Part shown: positions 57,601 to 64,000 of the stretch, piece after piece | Position numbering within the stretch: the first letter of the stretch is position 1 | Layout: each line of letters starts with the position of its first letter | Virus record (IMG/VR): IMGVR_UViG_3300027286_000002 | Source of the DNA: a virus | Taxonomy: Duplodnaviria; Caudoviricetes | Length of the DNA: 64,000 nucleotides | Reading direction: 5' to 3' (one strand) | Program-made: the position numbers and the translations under genes | Notes under the pieces: model-generated | Seen by the model: only the letters and a program-made list of their open reading frames with translations | What the model was told of the DNA's origin: nothing | Databases searched by the model: none

Positions 57601-59828
57601 CTTTCCATACAAACACAGGTTTAGGTGATCCTTTCTTAAATGGTTTACATCATCTCTTTATTGACACTAATACAAATACAGATGATGTCTATAATATCAT
57701 TGGTGGTGATAGTAATGAGGGTTCAGCTGGTGTTGAGCCTATGCTTTTCTACACTGCTATTGATTATGGTACAAGTGATGATATTACTACAGGTCATCCA
57801 TCTTTAGGTGCTAGAAAAGTTTCTCTTGAAATCCCAAGTACAGACTTTGGCAATATCTTAAATGGTATTGAACTGCCACCTTATCATGGTCTTGCTCGTG
57901 TTTATGGTGTATATGAAAAAACAGATTACCTTGCTAAAGTAGGTTCATCTGTAGCTGGTGGACATGAATCAGATCGTGTTACTCCTATTGCAAATCCACC
58001 TATTAATTTATTAAGAACAGATGCTACTAAATACACTATGTTTATTAGACAAGATGGTGCAAGTGATGTAGCAGACACAACAGGCAGTCATACTTATATC
58101 TTAACAGAACATTCTCTTGATATTCGTAAAATTCCTACTTATGTAGCAGGCGATGAATTTGCAGATTTTGATTATGTAGTAGAATGCTGTGTCTTTGGCT
58201 TTGCAAATGGATTTATTAATAAGAATAGCTTTATTCTCATTCGTAAATATGATGGTGCTGGTGTTGAGAATGTAAATCTCACTACCTTACCAACAGAATT
58301 ACAAAATGTGGATGTTGTTATCCCTTCACCTTTTGGATCAGCAGATGAACTTTATGTAGAGTATTCAAGAACAGCATATCAAGGTGATATTTACCATACA
58401 AGAGGAGGATCAGTTGCAAATTATAATGATGAAGTTATTAGACAAGGACAACTTAATCCAAATGATCACTATTATGGTGGACTTACAAGAAAACAATTTA
58501 ATACAGATGGTTCATCAGCTATTACAATCACTAATCCAAGAGGATTTGCAGTGCTTGCATCTATGGATTTTTATTTGACATTAGGTACAGGTAATATCGG
58601 TGGTACTCTTTATGAGAACACAGTAACAGATATTGGATATGAATCTACACATACACCACCAACTGCCTTAAATCAAGAATTGATCCATATCAAAGCAAAA
58701 GCCTTTAATGGAAAAGAAATTGGATTAACAAATGCTACTGCTACTTTAGTTTATGTAAAAAATAAAATTGTAGATGGTGTCTTACAAGTAAACCATTGCT
58801 ATATTACAATCACATTGCCTAATGGTACAATTAAATCAGATGACTTTGCGATCACTAATGTTTTCACAGATGAGAGTTTAGCATCTACCATTATTGACAC
58901 AGTAGGCATTTTATCTGACTACATTATTAGTGGATCATATACAATAGATCTTTATGTAAATAGAATTGTGTTTACATATATGGAAAAAGGTGTGATTGGG
59001 AATCAAGCTCAAATCTCTATTTATTTTACCTTCCCTGTAAATCAAAATAAGTTCACATATAAATTAGGTGTAGATACTTTATATGCCACAACAAAAGTGT
59101 ATATGACAGGTGGCACAGGTATTCAAAATAATGCAGGCAATGGATCACTTGACTCATCTTTAATAGGCTTAACATCTCGATTGCCATTAGGTTTACTTGT
59201 AAATGATTATGATTTCTTATGTGAAGATATTCTTAATGATGGATCAAGCTATTTACAATCTACTTTAGGTAGTGTTAAGACTGCTAATATCTCTTTACCT
59301 ATTGGTAGCAATGGTCTTGCTTATTCTAAAGTGAATGGTGTTGCTGGTGATGCTCTTATTATGAGTGAAGCAGTAAATGATACATATATTGCTTTTACTG
59401 ATCTTAGTCCATCAGGTACTAAAACCTATAGAACACATCGTGGTGCTGTTTTATTTGGAGCATCAGGTAAAGTTAAAGGTGGTGCTGTTTCTTATGTTGT
59501 CACTAGCTTTCCTACAAGTGTACAACCTGTCCTTAAAGGTGGTGTTTTAGCTTGTAAAGCTATGCTCGTTCAAAACTTTGATGAAACTGCATTTACTACA
59601 GATGATGAAGTATCTTATGGTAGTGAATTACAATTAGTTATCATTACACAGGCAATTTACAGATCAGATGTGAATCAGGCAATTACTTTACAAGGTAGTA
59701 TTTCACCAAGTGGATATGGTGAAGGATATGCAAGTGCAGATAGATTTAATATTAAAGGTAGACCTGTGATTAAGAATAAAATTCAGAAACCTGATTTAAC
59801 AATTAGTCCTGCACCATTTACAAGGTAA
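54684..59828 (+). CDS. Large baseplate/tail structural protein (1714 aa), paralog of 48137..51031
   Basis: LIWQSGKPPLDSELN, VFLEVW, KRVQ.QYR.R, RPDGLYAD. Confidence 0.65.
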   Translation: MADNFGTEVSRVLNNQNTKFTHLIWQSGKPPLDSELNFVGQLANDSLIDAIKQTTPSGFLADPISAIDFECNPLDSNQFRLNSIDAIVNGMPIRIRGCNTNSETSNIIKLSAPPATGNRVDFVFLEVWRSLVSPNPSTDYKPSAITFYKYGNTQFGGTNITDDLIDNDIGFETTKRVQIQYRLRVETNIDIDTYPQGLGDPSVFGQGNSINPVTSAVYTNMASEGDPSCWKASSVDFESTDNYSYAIPICAVFRRSTSSYIAVLNGSSPTHNGASVRSSSTPKTLTQAILSASLTSSATTLNLGSSIVGSGLDEGNSVGDYLVLNTGINKEIVLISSVNVGTGAIVIVRGQLGTQAKSHLASTQVSLYNARPDGLYADQIHEQDILDLMNSISLTGFDYSQLLQNAVNDLITNNLRTTWKSSATGSDSKGITLAQVDVIGNPNTTRPYTEILDAPNGIRTVWSDSAVVEKNVNIIIDPATALNDDGTTVGYFDSGLTDNWTISADLKPTGFMPSVDIGGGTYQQAWSSGAVIFLNLGGLDGQSGARKGFKNNQKAVRFLTESEEDLKLYLINDNGYTDPFTKKTLLPVLSTFAGYPSKVEIFGGLVHSSLKVTGISTVLADLQIKRISNSADVNLEYYYEIDLGVNLASLLDGTTKVLGNESVADLLTNYGKDNTGFSSELFAIVYGSPKTQNNQSFQIIGMGKDGLTSSETDASGLNTNSTIRLLRLNGAFSNWTEDTDGNTLTVEIRTRRTYAFDGTTATDPSLCIVLPYHTVYENNAVSQIYATEGTYSTSKLLINATLQYAPGHSGLARSPDQIHNVSLRNKSTAYLRNAISDLDATQTIFETDLVKYDANTHIQLWNALASKNADPSPTGNLNTFGGSVIGGADIDRNNEIFADPNSKTLILKPFKQHNLLLQSFRASTSTDLLLSQYYQDGVTDKDGAGIFTGAGLPQDYFEFPPMHLPKFGRQDIPFHTNTGLGDPFLNGLHHLFIDTNTNTDDVYNIIGGDSNEGSAGVEPMLFYTAIDYGTSDDITTGHPSLGARKVSLEIPSTDFGNILNGIELPPYHGLARVYGVYEKTDYLAKVGSSVAGGHESDRVTPIANPPINLLRTDATKYTMFIRQDGASDVADTTGSHTYILTEHSLDIRKIPTYVAGDEFADFDYVVECCVFGFANGFINKNSFILIRKYDGAGVENVNLTTLPTELQNVDVVIPSPFGSADELYVEYSRTAYQGDIYHTRGGSVANYNDEVIRQGQLNPNDHYYGGLTRKQFNTDGSSAITITNPRGFAVLASMDFYLTLGTGNIGGTLYENTVTDIGYESTHTPPTALNQELIHIKAKAFNGKEIGLTNATATLVYVKNKIVDGVLQVNHCYITITLPNGTIKSDDFAITNVFTDESLASTIIDTVGILSDYIISGSYTIDLYVNRIVFTYMEKGVIGNQAQISIYFTFPVNQNKFTYKLGVDTLYATTKVYMTGGTGIQNNAGNGSLDSSLIGLTSRLPLGLLVNDYDFLCEDILNDGSSYLQSTLGSVKTANISLPIGSNGLAYSKVNGVAGDALIMSEAVNDTYIAFTDLSPSGTKTYRTHRGAVLFGASGKVKGGAVSYVVTSFPTSVQPVLKGGVLACKAMLVQNFDETAFTTDDEVSYGSELQLVIITQAIYRSDVNQAITLQGSISPSGYGEGYASADRFNIKGRPVIKNKIQKPDLTISPAPFTR

Positions 59829-59840
59829 CAAAGTAAATGA

Positions 59841-60269
59841 TCATTGTGGTTTGTCATTATATTGACCAACAGTAATATCATCTCTTTCAAATTGTTTTTG
59901 TAAATCTGAAATAAATTTCATTGCATCAATATCACCTAATTCAATTAAAGGAATCAATCTCTTTGTGGAATCAGGAATTGCATCATCAAAAAGAACTGCA
60001 TCTTCAAGTGATGCACCTGCAATGAAAACTGCAAAGATTGCATTGTATGGAATATGACATTCAAAAGGTACACCACCAAAGGATAAAGTTGCCACGACTT
60101 TATCATCTCTAAACTGCATAGGATATGAAAAGTGATTTGAAAGATTTAATCGTACATTATCTTTACTCATTAAATCTTTTGGTAATTTAACACCTTCATA
60201 GGTAGGATTAATTGCAACAGTGGTTTTTGCTATTGCTAAGTGATCTAAAAGGATTTGCTTTCTATCCAT
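59841..60269 (-). CDS. sspB: SspB-family ClpXP adaptor homolog
   Basis: V.LP..L....VRLNLS..F.......D.V.ATLSFGGVPF.C.IPY.AIFAV matches the SspB core. Confidence 0.7.
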   Translation of the reverse strand: MDRKQILLDHLAIAKTTVAINPTYEGVKLPKDLMSKDNVRLNLSNHFSYPMQFRDDKVVATLSFGGVPFECHIPYNAIFAVFIAGASLEDAVLFDDAIPDSTKRLIPLIELGDIDAMKFISDLQKQFERDDITVGQYNDKPQ

Positions 60270-60329
60270 TTGTATTTTCCTTCGTTATTGAAGTTTGAGT
60301 TCTCAAAGAACTTATTGTCTACATATACC

Positions 60330-60362
60330 TAAACACTAAAGATAAATTTTTATTGCAAGTTC
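60330..60362 (-). promoter_or_regulatory. Conserved promoter-like motif copy 9
   Basis: GAACTTGCAATAA-N13-GTGTTTA-GG-TATATG, overlapping the ligase stop codon. Confidence 0.75.
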
Positions 60363-62193
60363 ATTTACACATATTTAAAAATTCTTGTTCTGTGATAACC
60401 TTAATGCCAAGTGCATTTGCTTTATCTAGTTTACTGCCAGCTTTTTCACCTGCTACAAGATAACTTAAATTCTTGCTTACTGATGATGCTACATTGCCAC
60501 CTAACTCTAATACCTTTGCTTCTGCATCATTTCTCTTTAAGGTAGTCAATGTACCTGTGAAAAGAAATGATTTGTTTTTAAAGATACCTGTCTTTTCACT
60601 GCCATTGTCAATTTGGATATATTGCAAAAGATCAGTAATAACATTTACATTTGCTTTAAGACCATTAACAATATCCTGTGCTGTGATACTGCCAAAACCA
60701 TCTAGTTTTTCAATATCAGATGTCTTTAATGCTAAAACTGCATCTAAGGTTTTAAATTGACTTGTTAAAACATCACTTGCTTTTTTACCTAAACTGTGAA
60801 TGCCAAGAGATATTAAAAACTTATCTAAAGATAATCTAGTGCTTTTGGTAATGCTAGATAACCAATTATCTGCTCTAGTTTCACCAACACTTTCAATCTT
60901 TAATAAATCTTCTCTTTTAAGTCTATATAGATCAGCAAAGTTATTGACAAGACCTTCTTCTATTAACTTTTCAATCCATACATTGCCTATGCCTTCAATA
61001 CCTACTTTTTCCATAAAGTAACTTACCTTTGTAGATAAACTACAATTCGCTGTGCAATATAGAAAATCTTCTTTTTGTTCTGTTGCTGATGAACAGAATG
61101 GACAACATACAGGAATTTCAATAGATGTATCACCTGCATTAATGACTTTTTCAAGGTGTGGAATAACACCACCTCTTCTTATTGCCAAAACATCTGCATT
61201 AAGAGTTAAACCTTTTGTCTTAATCATACCTGCATGATGCAAAGTAATCCTGCCTACCATTGCACCACTTAATTTCACAGGTTGGACGATTGCTACAGGT
61301 GTTAAGATACCTGATCTGCTAATTTGCCATTCAACATTTAAAAGTTTAGTTGTACCAAACTCACCTTGAAATTTATATGCTATTGCTCCTTTAGGGTGAT
61401 GTGATGTATATCCTGCATTTTCATATGCTTGATTATCATTTACACGATAAACAACACCATCTAGTTCATAGTCCAAACTATCTTTAATGTTTAGGATATG
61501 ATCATAACCTGCTTGTAGATGATCAATACCATTAAAGACAGTATAAAATGGGATTTCAAAACCTAATGCTTTAAGTGCATCTATTTTATCAGAAAATAGA
61601 TTAAACTCACTGCCTATGAAATCGTATGCAAGAAACTTGATGCCTTGTACATTGCCATCTTTTCTCTTAATAATACCTGCTACTGCATTTCTAGGATTTG
61701 CAAAGATATCCTTTTGAGTATTAAATACAGAAATAGGCATATATAATTCACCACGAATTTCTACAGGTGTTGTTATGCTAATTTGCTTTGGTACGATGTT
61801 GATAATGTTTTGTGTAATATCTTCACCTATATTGCCATCACCTCTTGTTGCACCTTGTACCAAAATGCCATTTTCATATTTGATACTGCAAGCCATACCA
61901 TCAATTTTAGGTGTGCATACATAAGATGAAAAAGACCTAGACCATTTCTTTAAGTCATCTTCATTATAACACTTGTCTAATGACAACATAGGTTTAGAAT
62001 GTTGTACTTCCATACCAATTTCTGCGAATGTGCCTAAACTGCTTAAGACAGGTGATGTAGGTGCAACTGCTCTTAATTGCTCTACAAGTGCATCATACTC
62101 TACATCAGAGATTTCAGGTGCATTCAAATCCCAATAAAGAGAATTGTGTTTCTTAACTAGATTTTCAAGTTCTGTGATAGATAACATTTTCAT
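60361..62193 (-). CDS. ligA: NAD-dependent DNA ligase
   Basis: Domain Ia (YW....ISDVEYD), KIDG adenylation motif, TRGDG..GEDIT, EIRGE, DGVV, AIAYKF, C4 zinc finger, HhH repeats, C-terminal BRCT. Confidence 0.95.
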   Translation of the reverse strand: MKMLSITELENLVKKHNSLYWDLNAPEISDVEYDALVEQLRAVAPTSPVLSSLGTFAEIGMEVQHSKPMLSLDKCYNEDDLKKWSRSFSSYVCTPKIDGMACSIKYENGILVQGATRGDGNIGEDITQNIINIVPKQISITTPVEIRGELYMPISVFNTQKDIFANPRNAVAGIIKRKDGNVQGIKFLAYDFIGSEFNLFSDKIDALKALGFEIPFYTVFNGIDHLQAGYDHILNIKDSLDYELDGVVYRVNDNQAYENAGYTSHHPKGAIAYKFQGEFGTTKLLNVEWQISRSGILTPVAIVQPVKLSGAMVGRITLHHAGMIKTKGLTLNADVLAIRRGGVIPHLEKVINAGDTSIEIPVCCPFCSSATEQKEDFLYCTANCSLSTKVSYFMEKVGIEGIGNVWIEKLIEEGLVNNFADLYRLKREDLLKIESVGETRADNWLSSITKSTRLSLDKFLISLGIHSLGKKASDVLTSQFKTLDAVLALKTSDIEKLDGFGSITAQDIVNGLKANVNVITDLLQYIQIDNGSEKTGIFKNKSFLFTGTLTTLKRNDAEAKVLELGGNVASSVSKNLSYLVAGEKAGSKLDKANALGIKVITEQEFLNMCK

Positions 62194-62208
62194 TCGTCCT
62201 TTCGTTTT

Positions 62209-62607
62209 TTAACAATCTACTTGATTGACACTCATTTTTGTTAGTCTTTTTATTTGTAATCCATCAGGTACTTTATCGCTAGGATTGTTTCTACATTCCC
62301 ATGATAAGTAAGATAGGATGAAATCTATATCACTTGTCACAAATTTACCATCTGTGAAAAGAGGATAATTATTATCATTTTCTGTGAAGGATAATAAATT
62401 TTTGTGATTGACTACTAGACCTGTGACATATTTACCATCTTCTGTTGTCCTAATGGTGATACTTTCAAATCCCATTGCTACAAAATCATGAAGAATTACT
62501 TCATTCTTTTTGATTGAGAAGTTTAAACCTTTCATGGTCAATCTTTCTTTGATGTATGTCTTTTCCTTGAGAACAGTAATACCTTTTGATCTTCTTGCCA
62601 TTTTCAT
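62209..62607 (-). CDS. Hypothetical protein (132 aa)
   Basis: AAAGGA SD; first gene after motif at 62650. Confidence 0.6.
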   Translation of the reverse strand: MKMARRSKGITVLKEKTYIKERLTMKGLNFSIKKNEVILHDFVAMGFESITIRTTEDGKYVTGLVVNHKNLLSFTENDNNYPLFTDGKFVTSDIDFILSYLSWECRNNPSDKVPDGLQIKRLTKMSVNQVDC

Positions 62608-62649
62608 TTTCCTTTTTTTGAAAAGTGGTTTTGTCTTATTGATACTACT

Positions 62650-62682
62650 TAAACACTTAAGATTAAGATTTATTGCAAGTCA
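62650..62682 (-). promoter_or_regulatory. Conserved promoter-like motif copy 10
   Basis: GACTTGCAATAA-N13-GTGTTTA-AG-TAGTAT. Confidence 0.75.
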
Positions 62683-62724
62683 GATAAAAAAGATTATAAG
62701 AAAAAAAAGAAAGCAGGTGTTTAA

Positions 62725-63069
62725 TTGATTAAACTTTACTTACCTTTTACACAAGATTTGATAAAAGTGCCTTATTCCGAACAGGATATGTATTTGATCC
62801 AAGCTAAAGGATCAGGTTCTATTAAAATAGGTGTAGCTAAAGATTGTGATGCTCGTATAAAGCAATTACAGACAGGCAATGCTGTAGAATTAAGATTGAT
62901 TCATGTCTTTAAAGGATATGGCAATGTAGAAAGACCACTGCATAAAGAATTGAAAAAGTTTAGAGAAAAAGGTGAATGGTTTTCCTATAAATGTGTTGGC
63001 TCACTGCCTGTTGAGATATATGAACAGATACCTTATGGTGCATTAGATTCATGGTGGCTTTCTATATAA
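62725..63069 (+). CDS. GIY-YIG/T5orf172-family nuclease domain protein
   Basis: MYLIQ....IKIG.....RIKQLQTGN...L.L......E..LH......R.KGEWF; TTG start. Confidence 0.8.
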   Translation: MIKLYLPFTQDLIKVPYSEQDMYLIQAKGSGSIKIGVAKDCDARIKQLQTGNAVELRLIHVFKGYGNVERPLHKELKKFREKGEWFSYKCVGSLPVEIYEQIPYGALDSWWLSI

Positions 63070-63156
63070 GAGCCAAGCAAACCTACTAGATATATAAATA
63101 ATGCCTCTTTACTTAAAAAGAATAAAGCTAAACAAATTAAAAGATGCTTAATCATT

Positions 63157-63993
63157 TTACAAAGCTGTCCATTTCTCTTCATTATTAGGTGCATTATCTA
63201 CTAATGTAGGAAAAGCACTTTCTACTGTTGTTATTCGTGGATTATTAAAATCCCTGCTTAGATTTGTATCTAAATTAGGATAAACAATATTGTCTATGTT
63301 ATTTACAATGAAACTTAAATGATGTGTATCTGAATATGATTCACTATCAAATAAAAGACTTGGTGTGACACCACCTACTGCACCTAATAAGATTTCATCT
63401 CTTTCTTTGACCAGCTGTTCTCTTAAATCGCATAGCTTAATAATTCTTGCCTCAAGATCATTTCTCAATTCTTTAATTTCCTGTGGCAACCATCTTTTAG
63501 CTGATTCGACTGCATCACTAATCTCTTTGCCAAAGTCATACATATTTAAATTCTTGCCAAACTTTCTAGGTGGAAATTTCCATAATGGCAACCAACCACC
63601 TGTACTTAATGTACCTGTTTGTGGATTTTTATCTGGCTGTGGTGCAATGATACCCGTGTAAGGCTGTGTTTCAATAATTTGTTCATCACTGTAAAAATAT
63701 GAATCTGGTTTTAAGAACATAGAAATATCAAAAGGATTTCCACCTTGCACAACATAAGCAATAATGAGTTTATGCAGGCTTGATCCTTTATTGACTTCAA
63801 ATCCTATTCTTCTTTCTGTCATTTTACTTGTAGAACCATCTTTTAAAAAAGATACACGGATATATCCTATTTGTGAAAGTTCATTGTTAATAACTTTCAA
63901 TCGTGCTTCGACATTTCTTCTTTGGTTTAAAGCAAAGTTTCTGAACTCATACCAACTACCTTCTCTAAAATAAACAGACCAAGCAAAAGACAT
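63157..63993 (-). CDS. Hypothetical protein (278 aa) with C-terminal coiled coil
   Basis: Long clean ORF; no recognised motif. Confidence 0.65.
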   Translation of the reverse strand: MSFAWSVYFREGSWYEFRNFALNQRRNVEARLKVINNELSQIGYIRVSFLKDGSTSKMTERRIGFEVNKGSSLHKLIIAYVVQGGNPFDISMFLKPDSYFYSDEQIIETQPYTGIIAPQPDKNPQTGTLSTGGWLPLWKFPPRKFGKNLNMYDFGKEISDAVESAKRWLPQEIKELRNDLEARIIKLCDLREQLVKERDEILLGAVGGVTPSLLFDSESYSDTHHLSFIVNNIDNIVYPNLDTNLSRDFNNPRITTVESAFPTLVDNAPNNEEKWTAL

Positions 63994-64000
63994 TTTTATT

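Noticed and set aside
28189-59828. Bacterial eCIS/T6SS/tailocin locus
   Set aside because: Interleaved with phage-type polymerase, ligase, neck genes and many small accessory ORFs; no bacterial housekeeping context
1247-63973. The many 60-125 aa ORFs antisense or frame-shifted within long genes (e.g. 1247..1486, 17005..17370, 23735..24088, 47077..47424)
   Set aside because: Shadow ORFs of real genes, no SD, no motifs
1-64000. Alternative genetic code (stop reassignment)
   Set aside because: Standard-code ORFs up to 2859 aa tile the window with tight junctions
1-64000. GATC (Dam/MboI) avoidance
   Set aside because: GATC is abundant throughout; AGTACT and GATATC also occur
1-64000. tRNA, rRNA, IS or integrase
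   Set aside because: Intergenic gaps are short and none showed a cloverleaf, terminal inverted repeats or recombinase motifs

Overview
This is a gene-dense, AT-rich (roughly 30% GC by eye) 64-kb segment of a large myovirus (jumbo-phage-like) genome read in the standard genetic code. Contractile-tail genes (1682-aa sheath, neck/tail-completion genes, a gp25-like and baseplate-J-like wedge cluster, tail fibre, two paralogous large baseplate proteins, a 2859-aa virion protein) are interleaved with replication genes (family A DNA polymerase, NAD-dependent ligase), a fused restriction-modification enzyme, host-like genes (SspB, Hc1-type histone-like protein) and small accessory ORFs. No capsid, portal, terminase, tube, tRNA, CRISPR array, integrase or reverse transcriptase was recognised. 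Highlights: (1) seven tandem ~75-aa paralogous mini-genes directly behind the polymerase that resemble stand-alone target-recognition segments of an N6-adenine methyltransferase/type IIG family, joined by conserved DNA repeats, i.e. a possible library of exchangeable DNA-specificity modules; (2) restriction-site avoidance strong enough to shape the proteome: no Ala-Ala (GCNGC) in any ORF I read, and all seven Pro-Gly pairs avoid CCWGG; (3) a non-canonical promoter-like motif TTGCAA-N16/17-GTGTTTA in front of ten accessory transcription units; (4) dispersed proteins sharing [K/R]-x-A-[S/N] leader motifs. All homology calls come from motif recognition, not database searches.
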